Below are positions 1-10,224 of a stretch of DNA of 64,000 bases, one piece after another. The stretch covers positions 2,080,001 to 2,144,000 of the forward strand of contig CBDETK010000013.1 in NCBI GenBank assembly GCA_965242865.1, read 5' to 3'. Numbering within the stretch: position 1 is the first letter of the stretch; the number at the start of each line of letters is the position of its first letter. Below the pieces are notes generated by a model that made no database searches, had not been told where the DNA came from, and worked only from the letters and a program-made list of their open reading frames with translations. Source of the stretch: Candidatus Latescibacterota bacterium. GTDB taxonomy: Bacteria; Latescibacterota; UBA2968; UBA8231. The position numbers were made by a program, and so were the translations under genes.

Positions 1-2
1 GG

Positions 3-992
3 GACTCCCGTGAGGCCGACATATATTGGCGTCTTACAGCTCGTCTTCTTCTTATCGTGAAAGACCTTGCGGAGAGCGAAACGCAGCGCGAACAGTATTT
101 CCGCCGCATTATGGCGGGTATCCCTTTAGAGATACTACGGCATCTATTCAGCGGCCAGAGCGACGGCGATGATGCGGCTATCGGAGAAGCTGTTGAAGCA
201 GGCAAGCAACATGTGGATCAAGTGGACGCTGAACTACGCCACAATAGAGTTACTATACCCCCCGACGAAAGAGGCAGGGCTTCGATGGAACATCTAGTTG
301 CGCTGCTCGAAGATTCGGGTAAGATCACAAAGCTTAATAAGCCGGTGGACTACAATAAGGTACGATATGATTCCGATACTGATAGCTTCTTGGCAGAAAA
401 AGGATATGCCAGTAGCTATCGAATCAATGATGGACAAAGGCAGGAGAGGAATAGTTGGGTCGTCTTTGACCGCGAAGCGGCGGCGCTGTCCCCCGACGTG
501 AGTCGAGACCAAAGTGGCGGAATTAACCATCCAATAATCTCCATCGCGCTACAAACGCTACGAACTGCTCAGAACATTGAGGAACTGCCCAGACTTGCCT
601 TCGGTTTGGGCACCTACAACAAGAAATATCTTGCCTATTTCTCAGACGGTGCTAATGAGCCGGTCGTATTGCTCAGTTACCTCGTTGCCCATCTGAGCGA
701 CAAGCACTTCTTCAATCACGAACTTCGGCTGTTCGCCCTCTCGCCCTCCAATCCTCAACGAGAAGAACTCGATAGGGAACTTGTCGAAGACATTATCTGG
801 ACGAACCTTAGGAAGGGTGATACGGAACTGGATAGTCCTGATTTGGCTCAGAGCTTCCTTAACGAGGTTTCTTCTCAGGATGCACAAATCCGAGAAGAAC
901 TCAGCAGCAAGGTTAGGGATGAAGAAGGCCGTTGGCGCGGGGCAGTATGGCCCTTGGCTGCAACCATTCTGCTACCTGTGAATGAGAAGTGA
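3..992 (+). CDS. C-terminal part of a large protein, probably SNF2/helicase-related (5' end lies outside the window)
   Basis: The frame is open from base 3 (DSREADIYWRLTARLLLIVKDL...). This resembles the segment that follows the helicase-C domain in SNF2-type proteins. No catalytic motifs are visible in the window. GC is lower than downstream. Confidence 0.45.
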   Translation, partial: DSREADIYWRLTARLLLIVKDLAESETQREQYFRRIMAGIPLEILRHLFSGQSDGDDAAIGEAVEAGKQHVDQVDAELRHNRVTIPPDERGRASMEHLVALLEDSGKITKLNKPVDYNKVRYDSDTDSFLAEKGYASSYRINDGQRQERNSWVVFDREAAALSPDVSRDQSGGINHPIISIALQTLRTAQNIEELPRLAFGLGTYNKKYLAYFSDGANEPVVLLSYLVAHLSDKHFFNHELRLFALSPSNPQREELDRELVEDIIWTNLRKGDTELDSPDLAQSFLNEVSSQDAQIREELSSKVRDEEGRWRGAVWPLAATILLPVNEK

Positions 993-1139
993 AGCTCTCC
1001 AGCGACTATAATAAAAACATTCGCCGATGGAGAAACCCAACGGGTCTATACAGAAGGACAATCCAGACGTTTACCACCCGATCTAATTCAAAGAGCCGTG
1101 AGGCGATTAGGCCAGACCTTGTATCGAGGTGCAGGAAAA

Positions 1140-1778
1140 ATGAATGTTCGCGATTCCCACAATAAGGCTATGGAGTTTGCCGAACGCGCCTTTATGGTAC
1201 GTGTGCAAGGCAACACAGAAGAATCTATCAAACTCTTCGAGAAAGCATTGGAGAATGAACTTGCGGCGATCTCCCAATTAGAAGTAGAGGGGCGCATCGA
1301 GCCGACGAACTCGGTATTACACCGCAGTGCTGCGACGCTTGCATTAGACTGCAACCAGCCACGGAAGGCCGAGCAAATCGCAACTAAAGCACTCGCCCAA
1401 GATCCACCCCAAGAGATCGCAGACGAATTACGTGAGCTTCTACATCGAATATTCTCGTTCTTAAAAGATCAAAAACGCACCATCCCGCCCACGCATCCTG
1501 GGGCGATGCTAAGAGAAGATTTTCTCCCCGACTACGCACTGACGGCCGACTCGTTGGCCGATGAGTTGGGCGAATCTCGACAGACCATCCATGAACTCTT
1601 GCGAGAGCAGGGCGCTATTTCGTCCATCATGGCCCTAAAACTATCCCGTTTATTCGGGAACTCTCCTGAGTTTTGGCTGAACGCCCAACACGCCAGAGAT
1701 ATTTGGGAGTTGGAGCAGCAATATCGAGACGAATTGGCCCAGATCGAGCCCTTGCCACTGTACGCTTCTGAGCGATAA
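1140..1778 (+). CDS. higA: HigA-family (VapI-like) HTH antitoxin fused to an N-terminal helical/TPR-like domain
   Basis: The C-terminal ~95 aa carry the HigA signature PTHPGAMLREDFL...MALKLSRLFGNSPEFWLNAQ. ATG at 1140 follows a GAGG/AGGA SD-like stretch. The N-terminal ~110 aa are helical. Confidence 0.8.
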   Translation: MNVRDSHNKAMEFAERAFMVRVQGNTEESIKLFEKALENELAAISQLEVEGRIEPTNSVLHRSAATLALDCNQPRKAEQIATKALAQDPPQEIADELRELLHRIFSFLKDQKRTIPPTHPGAMLREDFLPDYALTADSLADELGESRQTIHELLREQGAISSIMALKLSRLFGNSPEFWLNAQHARDIWELEQQYRDELAQIEPLPLYASER

Positions 1779-1789
1779 CGACGCCTTCC

Positions 1790-3664
1790 ATGACCCAAAT
1801 CGACCCCCAAGAGTACCAAAAGCGTCTCGACCGCCTGTCGGGCATTCTCGCGGGCATCGCCACCCATGCCGACGAACAGGCGACCTTCCGCTGCCCGTAC
1901 AAGAACCGCTTCGACCAATGCACCGCCCACTTCGGCTGCCGCAACCAACGCAAGCCGCAACAGCCGGGCGGGCTGTTCCAGTGCGGCAGCGACGACCAGC
2001 TCGACTATCGCTCGGCTTGGGAGTCGGAGCAACGCCCGGCCGCAACCGGCCGCGGTCAAATCCGCTGCAACGGCACCGCGTACCCGCTATCGACCGGCGG
2101 CACCCTCTTTGACTACGCCGACCAACTCGGCGCGCGCGTGCCCACCTCCTGCGGGCGCACGGGCCACTGCCACGAGTGCATCGTCGAAGTCACGAACGGG
2201 GCACAAGCCCTCAACGCGCCGACGCCGGCCGAGGACTTCCTCCGCGGCGAGTTCCGGCTCGCCTGCCAAGCCAAAGTCGCCGACGCCGATGTCGATATAG
2301 AGTTCGCCCCGCTTTTTCGCGCCCCCCGAATTCTGACTCAGACCGTCGACCGTCCCGCCGCGATCGACCCCGTAGTCCAGCGGCGCGGGCAAGCCATCTA
2401 CTACGGCGACGAGGAAATTGACCAATACCGCGGCCACCTCTACGGCCTCGCCATCGACTTGGGCACCACCACCATTGTCCTCGACTTAGTCGATCTAGAG
2501 ACGGGCGAGAGCGTGCATTTGAGCGCGTTTGAAAACCCCCAGCGCTTTGGCGGCAGCGACATCATGCACCGCATTTCCTACGACGGGCACCACCCCGGGG
2601 AATTGCGCCAAGCCTTGGTCAAGGCACTTAACCACGAGATCGAGGGCCTCTGCCGGCGCGGCCGCTTTGTGCGGCAGGAGATTTACGAGATCGCGGTCGC
2701 CGGCAACTCCACGATGCGCGACATCCTCTTCCGCCTCGATGTGCAGAGCATTGGCCAAAAGCCGTACAAATCGCGCATTGAGCACGAATACCTAAATGGC
2801 GAGCGCACCGCGACTAGCCTCGTCGAAAAGACCCGCCGCCTCGGGCTGAAGGCCAATCCCAAAGCGCGTGCGTACTCGTTGCCGCTCATCGCCAGCCACG
2901 TCGGCGCGGACGTGGCCGCCGATCTGGTCGCCGTTGGTATGGACCTTTCCAGCGCGAGCGCGATGCTGGTCGATGTGGGCACCAACACCGAAGTCGTCGT
3001 CGCGCACCAAGGCCGCCTCGTGGCGGCCTCTTGCCCGGCCGGGCCGGCCTTTGAGGGCGGCGGCATCACTTACGGGATGCCCGGGTGCGACGGCGCCATT
3101 GAATCCATCCGCTGGGACGGGGCGCACTGGCAGTGGAAAACCATCGGCAACACCGCGCCGGCCGGGCTGTGCGGCTCCGGGCTGATCGACCTGCTCGCCG
3201 AGTTGCGCCGCCACGACTTAATGACCCCCAAGGGCGTGTTCGCCGACAAAAAACGCCAGTTTGAGCTCGTCCCCGAGCGCGGCATCACCTTCTCGCGCCT
3301 CGACGCTTCAAACCTAGCCCAAGCCAAAGCCGCCAATTTCTGCGGCCAGTACATCGTCTTGCGGACCTTGGGCCTCGCGCCGGGCGACGTGCAACAGCTC
3401 TATCTCGCCGGCGGCTTTGCCAACTTCGTCGATGTCCAAGCCGCCATTGACATCGGCTTTTTGGCCCCCGTGCCTCCAGCGCGGATCGCCAAGGTGGGCA
3501 ATGCCGCCGTCCAAGGGGCGCGCGAAGTGCTGCTCTCGGCCGGCAAACGCGCCCGCATCGAAGCGCTGGCCAAGCGCATTGAGCACGTCGAGCTGGAGAC
3601 GACCCCCGACTTTTTTGAGCTCTTCGTCGAGGGCTGCCAATTCAAACCCATGCCCTCGGGCTGA
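1790..3664 (+). CDS. ASKHA-domain reductive activator of corrinoid proteins (RACo/RamA-like) with a 2Fe-2S ferredoxin domain
   Basis: 2Fe-2S motif CGRTGHCHEC...RLACQ. ASKHA motifs AIDLGTTT, NPQRFGGSDIMHRI, VDVGTNTE, AGPAFEG, GLCGSGLID, LAGGFA, GNAA. Confidence 0.9.
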   Translation: MTQIDPQEYQKRLDRLSGILAGIATHADEQATFRCPYKNRFDQCTAHFGCRNQRKPQQPGGLFQCGSDDQLDYRSAWESEQRPAATGRGQIRCNGTAYPLSTGGTLFDYADQLGARVPTSCGRTGHCHECIVEVTNGAQALNAPTPAEDFLRGEFRLACQAKVADADVDIEFAPLFRAPRILTQTVDRPAAIDPVVQRRGQAIYYGDEEIDQYRGHLYGLAIDLGTTTIVLDLVDLETGESVHLSAFENPQRFGGSDIMHRISYDGHHPGELRQALVKALNHEIEGLCRRGRFVRQEIYEIAVAGNSTMRDILFRLDVQSIGQKPYKSRIEHEYLNGERTATSLVEKTRRLGLKANPKARAYSLPLIASHVGADVAADLVAVGMDLSSASAMLVDVGTNTEVVVAHQGRLVAASCPAGPAFEGGGITYGMPGCDGAIESIRWDGAHWQWKTIGNTAPAGLCGSGLIDLLAELRRHDLMTPKGVFADKKRQFELVPERGITFSRLDASNLAQAKAANFCGQYIVLRTLGLAPGDVQQLYLAGGFANFVDVQAAIDIGFLAPVPPARIAKVGNAAVQGAREVLLSAGKRARIEALAKRIEHVELETTPDFFELFVEGCQFKPMPSG

Positions 3665-3665
3665 C

Positions 3666-5225
3666 ATGCAGAAAACCGCCACCCTGCGCCATCTGCTCGA
3701 AGAGACCGACCGCTTCATCACCTGCGTCGAGCTGGTTACATCGCGGGGCACCTTAGCCGACCGCGGCGGCAAGCGCGTGCTGGAAATGGCCCGCTGCCTA
3801 GCGGCCGACCCGCGCATTGACGCGCTCTCAATTACCGACAATCCCGGCGGCAATCCCATGCTCGCCGCGGACGCGCTGGGAACTCCGCTCAAGGAGGGGG
3901 GCCAAGAGGTCATCATCCACCTGTCCTGCAAGGATTTCAACCGCAACGGGCTGCTGGGCCAAGCTTGGAAGTTGGCCAACGAGGGCTTCGACAATATCCT
4001 CACCCTGTCGGGCGATTACCCCATCGCCGGATATCAAGGCCAAGCGAGCGGCGTGTTCGACGTGGATTCCGTCGGCTTGTTGCAATTGCTCTCCGACATG
4101 AACGAGGGGCGTTTTGCGGAGGCCGCGCCGGGCCGCAAGCCGCGTCCGCTAAAACCCACCCGTTTTTATCTCGGTGCCGCAGTCAACAACCACAAGCGGC
4201 TCGAAGCCGAGGTTATGCCGCAGTATTTCAAGCTGGCCAAAAAGATCCGCACCGGCGCCCGCTTCATCATCAGCCAAATCGGCTACGACGCCCGCAAGCA
4301 GGACGAGCTGCTCAAGTACCTAACCCTGCACGATCTCCAAGTTCCGGTCATCGCCAATGTCTTTGTCTTGTCCGCGGGCGTGGCCCGATTTTTTCACGCC
4401 GGCCGCATCCCCGGCGTCGAAGTCACCGACGAGTTGCTCGCCCTCGCCCAGAAGCAAGCCGCGTCCCCAGATAAGGGCAAAGCCTTCTTCCTCGAATTCG
4501 CGGCCCGGCAGTGCGCCATTGCCCGGGGGCTGGGGTATCGCGGCGTGTACTTGGGGGGGCACATCAAGGCCGAGGAGTACGGCCGCATTTTGGAACGAGC
4601 CGCCCAGTACGCGGCCGACGACTGGCGCGATTTCGCCCGCCAGATTTGCTACTCGCGCCCGGGCGAGTTCTTCTATTTTGCCCAAGACCCAGACACCGGC
4701 CTCGCCTCCACCCAAGTCAACCCAGCCTATCTCGCCTCAAAGACCCCCAGTGGCCATCGCCGCGCTCCTCTGCCGTACCGGATCAATCGCCAGCTCCACG
4801 ACCGCGTCTTTGAGCCAAGCAAGGCCCTGTTTCGCCTCGGAGCGGCCCTGTCGCGCAAAATCGAGGGCGGGACCCTGCAAAAGCCCCTGCACGCCGCGGA
4901 ACACGCGCTCAAGATCGCCGCTTTTGACTGCCGCGACTGCGGCGACTGCTCGCTGCCGGACATCGCCTATTTGTGCCCGGAGTCGCAGTGCGTCAAAAAC
5001 CAGCGCAACGGCCCCTGCGGCGGTACGCGCCAAGGCCAGTGCGAAGTCGGCGACAAAGACTGCATCTGGGTGCGGGCGTACGACCGCCTCAAGGCGTATG
5101 GCGAAGAGGAACAGATGCTCGGCGACTCGGCTGTGATCAAGGACGCGGCCTTACAGGGCACCAGTGCTTGGGCCAACGCCTTTTTGCAAAGAGATCATCG
5201 CGGGAAGAAGAAGGACGCCGAGTAA
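3666..5225 (+). CDS. Methylenetetrahydrofolate reductase (MetF-like) fused to a C-terminal Cys-rich MTHFR_C/MetV-like domain
   Basis: ATG at 3666 immediately follows the upstream TGA. Motifs: ITDNPGG, HLSCKDFNRN, LSGDYP, KKIRTGARFIISQIGYD. The C-terminus is CRDCGDC..CPESQCVKNQRNGPCGG..CEV..CIW. Confidence 0.88.
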   Translation: MQKTATLRHLLEETDRFITCVELVTSRGTLADRGGKRVLEMARCLAADPRIDALSITDNPGGNPMLAADALGTPLKEGGQEVIIHLSCKDFNRNGLLGQAWKLANEGFDNILTLSGDYPIAGYQGQASGVFDVDSVGLLQLLSDMNEGRFAEAAPGRKPRPLKPTRFYLGAAVNNHKRLEAEVMPQYFKLAKKIRTGARFIISQIGYDARKQDELLKYLTLHDLQVPVIANVFVLSAGVARFFHAGRIPGVEVTDELLALAQKQAASPDKGKAFFLEFAARQCAIARGLGYRGVYLGGHIKAEEYGRILERAAQYAADDWRDFARQICYSRPGEFFYFAQDPDTGLASTQVNPAYLASKTPSGHRRAPLPYRINRQLHDRVFEPSKALFRLGAALSRKIEGGTLQKPLHAAEHALKIAAFDCRDCGDCSLPDIAYLCPESQCVKNQRNGPCGGTRQGQCEVGDKDCIWVRAYDRLKAYGEEEQMLGDSAVIKDAALQGTSAWANAFLQRDHRGKKKDAE

Positions 5226-5292
5226 CGCCAAATTTTCGGCTCGCCCAAATGCCGATACCATACCCCGACATCCCGCCAAGACCGGGCCGCTG

Positions 5293-6933
5293 ATGCTGCG
5301 CTGCCTGTGGGTCGCCTGCTTGGGCGCGGCAAGTGGCTGCGGCCTCTTGTCGGAAGCGCCCGTAGCGGAAGTAGGGCCGCACCCAATCACGGCCGCTGCG
5401 CTGAGGAGTTTTGTCGCCGAATGGTCGGGGAGCCGGCCCCCTGCACAGACCGCCGACCAAGCCCGTCGATACTATCTTCAGACCATGATCGACGCCCGTC
5501 TGTTGCTGGTGGAAGCCCGTTCCCGCGGCATCGACACCACGCAGGCCGTGCGAGCAACGGTTCGGGACGCAATCGACGCCCGAGTCCGGGCCCTCTATCG
5601 GGCCCGCGAAATCACGGATGCAATCGCAATTTCCGCAACCGAAATTCGCGCCTATTTCGACGACGAAGGGTATGGGGTAGAGCGCAAAGTCAGCGGCATA
5701 CTGGTAGAAAGCCAGACGGAGGCCGATTCACTGGTGGCCCAGTTGCGTGCGGGACGGCCCTTTGCAGAAGTAGCCGCGGCGCACTCCATAGATGGGCGCT
5801 CGGCCCGCCAAGGCGGGGAGTTGGGGTTCGTCGGGCGCGACATGGTGCCGCGGATTCACATCCCCCCGGAAGTTTTCCGCACGCTCCCCCTCGGCGCGAT
5901 CTCAAAACCTGTGTACACGGGCAAGTACTGGAACATCGTGCGCTTTACCGCAGACCGGCCGGCCGCCTACGACAAGTACCGAGACTCCATCCACCGGCGG
6001 CTCTTTGCGGAGCGGGCGGCCCAAGCCACCGAGGAACACCTCGAGCTGCTGCAAGACGCCTTTGAAGTGCGGCTGCACGAAGAGGCCCTGCAGCCGCTAG
6101 TAACCGCCTACCGCCGACAGAACCTTTCCGCGCTGACCGAGCAATCGCTTCTCCTATATACTTTTGACGAGGGCGCGATCACCGTGGCCGCGGCCGTGAA
6201 GATTTTGCAAGAGCAGCATATCGGCTTTGGCTTCGCCGACCATGTTCAGGCCGCTTCCACGCTCAAGCGCATCGTGCTGAATCCCTTCCTCATCCAAGAG
6301 GCCGCACGGCGGGCGGGCTACTACGAAAAACCCGCGATCCAGCAGCTAAAAAAGGCCAAGGACGAGGAAGCCTTACTCGACGGTCTCAAAGAGGCTGTAA
6401 GCCGAAAACTGGATTTATCCGAGGCGGATGTGCGCCGCTACTACGAAAGCCACCCCGCGGTTTTCAGCCACGAGCCGGCCGTGTGGGTTGAGGAAGTACT
6501 CCTGCCCAGTGCCGACGAGGCGCGAAAAAAGAGAGCGCTGCTAGAACGTGGCACTCCCTTCGCCGAGCTAGCGGGCGCAAGCCTGCGGTCGGACGCTGTT
6601 GAGAAAGCCAATCGATTCCATTTCCATCCGCTAGAGCAGGCTGTCTATCCCAAGCTGATGGCGGCGCTCGAGGACGCATCCGCGGGCGAGCTCGTCGGAC
6701 CAGTGGCTGTCGAAGGCGGCTTTTCCCTCTTTCGCATCCTCGACCACGAGGAGGCCTCCATCGAACCTTATGAACAGGTTCGGAAGCGGGCCGAGGCCCT
6801 GTTGCGCCGCGAGCGGGAACACTGGCACCTGCAAGCCCTGTTGAAGAAATTGCGAGAACAGTACGCCGCCCAGATCGAGATCGACGAAGTGCGCCTGCGC
6901 GAAGCCGTGCCCGACAGTCTCCTGCTCCGCTGA
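5293..6933 (+). CDS. Tandem parvulin-type peptidyl-prolyl isomerase lipoprotein (SurA/PrsA/PpiD-like), module A
   Basis: Lipobox-like signal MLRCLWVACLGAASGC. Rotamase motifs FAEVAAAHSID..SARQGGELG and a second copy FAELA...GELVGPVAVEGGFSLF. SurA-N-like segment LQTMIDARLLLVEARSRGID. Confidence 0.82.
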   Translation: MLRCLWVACLGAASGCGLLSEAPVAEVGPHPITAAALRSFVAEWSGSRPPAQTADQARRYYLQTMIDARLLLVEARSRGIDTTQAVRATVRDAIDARVRALYRAREITDAIAISATEIRAYFDDEGYGVERKVSGILVESQTEADSLVAQLRAGRPFAEVAAAHSIDGRSARQGGELGFVGRDMVPRIHIPPEVFRTLPLGAISKPVYTGKYWNIVRFTADRPAAYDKYRDSIHRRLFAERAAQATEEHLELLQDAFEVRLHEEALQPLVTAYRRQNLSALTEQSLLLYTFDEGAITVAAAVKILQEQHIGFGFADHVQAASTLKRIVLNPFLIQEAARRAGYYEKPAIQQLKKAKDEEALLDGLKEAVSRKLDLSEADVRRYYESHPAVFSHEPAVWVEEVLLPSADEARKKRALLERGTPFAELAGASLRSDAVEKANRFHFHPLEQAVYPKLMAALEDASAGELVGPVAVEGGFSLFRILDHEEASIEPYEQVRKRAEALLRREREHWHLQALLKKLREQYAAQIEIDEVRLREAVPDSLLLR

Positions 6934-7036
6934 GCGGCTCGGCTTTTCAGGGGGCGGATGTATTTACGCAGCCTTGTCAAATTGGTATCCTACACCAAGG
7001 CAAGGCCACCCGGCCCGGCCCAATCAGGAGGTCGCT

Positions 7037-10000
7037 ATGGGACATTCCAGCAAACGGTTCGTCCGGTCGTCGCCGCTGTTTTGCGCCTTGATTTGCCTAG
7101 GCCTGCTCGCCAGTGGGCGCGAGGTGCTCGCTCAGCGCGGCAAAGGACATCGGGTCACCAACAGCCGCATCGTCGTCGAGACCGCCGAACACTGGCGCAA
7201 CTGGCAGTTGCCCGTCCATGCCGTTGACGTGATACCCGAAGGAGGGGTTCGCCCCCACCGCTCGCGCCAGCGCTACAACATCCTCGACGACCAAGCTACC
7301 TTTACCCGCCCGCTGACCGATTTCAGACGCCGGAAAAACCAGCACGCCATCCTCAATATCGATAGCACTGTCACGCGCGACGTGAAGGGCACCGTCATTA
7401 CCGACAGAAAAGACAACCCCCTCTATACCCACTTCGCCCGGCCGGGTATCAGCCGGGTGGGCTCCAATCCGCGAGCAGCAAAAAACATCCTCGATGGCGA
7501 CTCAAGCACCTACTGGGAGCCGGACCGCAACGATCCCCTCAAAGACTGGTGGATCGAAGTGGACTTGGGCCGGGTCGTGGCGGTCGATGAGATTTTGTTG
7601 CACTTCGTCGGCGCCGGGCAGGGCGACCCCTTCCTGCGCTTTAGGGTCCTAACCGCGCCCGACCAAGAAGCCATCCTCGAAGACGCCGACGAAGTGGAAC
7701 TGAGCCGCGTTGGCGGCACGCAGGCACCCAACCGCGACCAGCGCGACTTCAGCTTTGCGCTGGAACAGCCTAAGAGCTCGCCTAGTTGGCGCGGGAGGTT
7801 GGTCCAAACCATTCGCATCGTCGTCACGGATACCCACGCCGGGCGCGGCGCCGAAGTCAGTGAAGAGCAGTGGCTCGCTCTCGACCCGGCAGACCGAGGC
7901 GACATCCTCTATTTTGTCAAGGACCGGCAGGGTTTTGAGGAACGCTTAGATCCGAGCCGCCTCCAAGAGCCGGTGGAGACGTTCTACGACAACCTGCCAT
8001 CCGCCAGGCGAGGAGCAAAGAAATTCTTCATCCGCGAGCGGCCCCGCCTAGCCGATATCGAGGTTTGGGGCTTTGGCGACAACATCAGCCCGGGCATCGT
8101 TGAGGGCGGCGGCAGCCTTTTTCTGTCAGGGGAAAATTTCGCGCCCGGCCCGGGCTTTGACGGCGACTACAATACCAACTTCCTGCACTTGGTCTGGTCG
8201 CCGCTCATCGAGCGCGGCGTCCTGACCGTCGATATGGGCGCATCCTTTTTTCTCGACGCCATAGCGGTTTCGGCTGCTGGGCGGCGGCGCGTCATCGACG
8301 GCTATATCATGCGTGGCTCCGACGGCTCGCGGGATTCCTCCGGCCGCTTGAAGTGGCGGCGCATCAGCCCGCGAGCGCGCGAAGACAACAGCGTTGACCT
8401 GTACGAGCATCTCCTCGATACCTACGACGGAATCGAACTCCGCTTTCTCGAAATGACCATCGTCTCGGTCGATCCGCGCCGCCGTGGCGGCTACAATACG
8501 GGCGCTGATATCGGCGAATACCAGATCTTTTCCCAGGGCTACCCCGCCGAGGTCGTACTGACTTCGGACCTGATTGAATTGCCCGCCGCTCGCAACTTGG
8601 GCCGCATCATCTACGACAGCGAGGTTCCACCCGGCACCAACCTCGAAATTCGCACCCGGTCCGGCGATCTGCTGGGCAAGACCATCCGCTACTTCGACAA
8701 ATCCGGCACCGAACTCACGTTTGATGCCTGGGACAGCTTGCTCCGCAGCTACAAGGGGCCGGTTGATACCTCCTTTGTGCCGGCTAGCGGCTGGAGCCCC
8801 TATAGTCGAGCCTATCAGCAGTCGGGCGATCGCGTCACGTCGCCGGGGCTGCGTAAGTTCTTGCAGATCCAAGTCAAGATGGAGACCACAGACCGCAATA
8901 TCGCCGCGGCGATCCACTCCATAAACATCGAACTCGTCAACCCGGCAGTCTCCAATATCGTGGCCGAACTATGGCCCCCTGAAGTAAAGGTGCCAGGACG
9001 GACCGATACCTTTGAGGTGTTTGTCCAGTCCCAGTTTATTCAGTCGCCCGCCTCGGCGCGCAGCGTCGGCTTTGACGAAATCCTCCTCGTCATGCCCCCC
9101 TCCCAAACGCTGCAACTGCTCGAAGTGGGCATCCAAGACAGCGCCGTTGGCTCGGAGCGGATCTTCTCGCCCGCGGGCGACCCTACCGCTTTTGTCGATG
9201 GGGGCGGCCGCCCACTCGAGCTGCTAAGTCCTAGCGCTGATTCGCTCTGGGTGCGCCTCCCCGAATCCCTCAACGCACTCGCAGACGCCCCCCGCACGTA
9301 CCGCCGCCGCACCGCGGAGGGCGACCAAGTGCCGGTGACCGCAGACGGCTTGCCGCTAACGGACGCTGCGTATGGCCTGCTCGAGGTGGAGGAACAGGGC
9401 GATATCCGCTATTTCCGCCGCACCGAGGGCATCCTGTCCCAAGTCTCCGAAGCCGCCTACCAAGCCTTGGAGCCCGAGCAGCAGGGGCCGATTCGCTACT
9501 TCCGCATCCTGCGCGGCGATGGGGCCCAGTTCCCCTTTGATGCAGCGGGCGACTCGCTCGATGTGACGGCCTACAACCGCCTGCCGACCGCCTCCCGGGG
9601 CACCGTGGTCTCGCCCGGGCCCTTAATGCGGCTGCGCTTTGCCGCTCCCGTCTTTGTCAACGGCACGACCTTGAGCTTGGCCGTGCGCAACACCAGCGGC
9701 GGCGCCAATCTGGCCGCGCCTTGGCAAAGCGTCGAAGCCGGCGACGCGACCGCCCGGATAGGCAGCAATGCCCTCTCGATCAACCTGCCGCTCAACGCCA
9801 AGGCCGTCGATGAATTCCGCATCGCCCCCAATCCGTTTACCCCCAACGGCGATGGCATCAACGACGCGACCGAAATCCACTTCTCCGTCTTCAAACTCAC
9901 CGCTCCCCGCCCGGCTCGGGTGCGGGTGTACACGCTGGCGGGTCGCCCGGTTTGGGAGCATGCCCAGCAATTGCAAAGCGGGCGCTTCAGCACGCGCTGG

Positions 10001-10123
10001 GACGGAACAGACCTGAACGGCCGCAAAGTGCCGCCCGGACTTTACCTTTGCCAAGTGGACCTCGACGTAGATCGGGCAAGCCGCTCGGCGACGCGGACGC
10101 GCCTGCTGTCGATCGCCTATTAG
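7037..10123 (+). CDS. Large secreted protein with discoidin (F5/8-like) domain(s) and a C-terminal FlgD-Ig/CHU_C-like tail, module A
   Basis: AGGAGG at 7026-7031 precedes the ATG. Signal peptide present. Discoidin-like motif ILDGDSSTYW...WWIEVDLGR. Tail PNPFTPNGDGIND...WDGTD.NGRKVPPGLY...SIAY. Confidence 0.8.
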   Translation: MGHSSKRFVRSSPLFCALICLGLLASGREVLAQRGKGHRVTNSRIVVETAEHWRNWQLPVHAVDVIPEGGVRPHRSRQRYNILDDQATFTRPLTDFRRRKNQHAILNIDSTVTRDVKGTVITDRKDNPLYTHFARPGISRVGSNPRAAKNILDGDSSTYWEPDRNDPLKDWWIEVDLGRVVAVDEILLHFVGAGQGDPFLRFRVLTAPDQEAILEDADEVELSRVGGTQAPNRDQRDFSFALEQPKSSPSWRGRLVQTIRIVVTDTHAGRGAEVSEEQWLALDPADRGDILYFVKDRQGFEERLDPSRLQEPVETFYDNLPSARRGAKKFFIRERPRLADIEVWGFGDNISPGIVEGGGSLFLSGENFAPGPGFDGDYNTNFLHLVWSPLIERGVLTVDMGASFFLDAIAVSAAGRRRVIDGYIMRGSDGSRDSSGRLKWRRISPRAREDNSVDLYEHLLDTYDGIELRFLEMTIVSVDPRRRGGYNTGADIGEYQIFSQGYPAEVVLTSDLIELPAARNLGRIIYDSEVPPGTNLEIRTRSGDLLGKTIRYFDKSGTELTFDAWDSLLRSYKGPVDTSFVPASGWSPYSRAYQQSGDRVTSPGLRKFLQIQVKMETTDRNIAAAIHSINIELVNPAVSNIVAELWPPEVKVPGRTDTFEVFVQSQFIQSPASARSVGFDEILLVMPPSQTLQLLEVGIQDSAVGSERIFSPAGDPTAFVDGGGRPLELLSPSADSLWVRLPESLNALADAPRTYRRRTAEGDQVPVTADGLPLTDAAYGLLEVEEQGDIRYFRRTEGILSQVSEAAYQALEPEQQGPIRYFRILRGDGAQFPFDAAGDSLDVTAYNRLPTASRGTVVSPGPLMRLRFAAPVFVNGTTLSLAVRNTSGGANLAAPWQSVEAGDATARIGSNALSINLPLNAKAVDEFRIAPNPFTPNGDGINDATEIHFSVFKLTAPRPARVRVYTLAGRPVWEHAQQLQSGRFSTRWDGTDLNGRKVPPGLYLCQVDLDVDRASRSATRTRLLSIAY

Positions 10124-10224
10124 GACCGTTTCGTTTGACAGACGAGCGGTTTTGCCATACTTAGTTTTGGCCGTGGGGTATTGGTAGTTGCGATTGCGAT
10201 TCCTACTGTTTCGAGGAGGTCGTC

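Noticed and set aside
3417-3665. 83-aa N-terminal extension of the MTHFR ORF given in the ORF track
   Set aside because: It overlaps the RACo gene in another frame and has shadow-ORF composition. ATG 3666 directly after the upstream stop is the better start.
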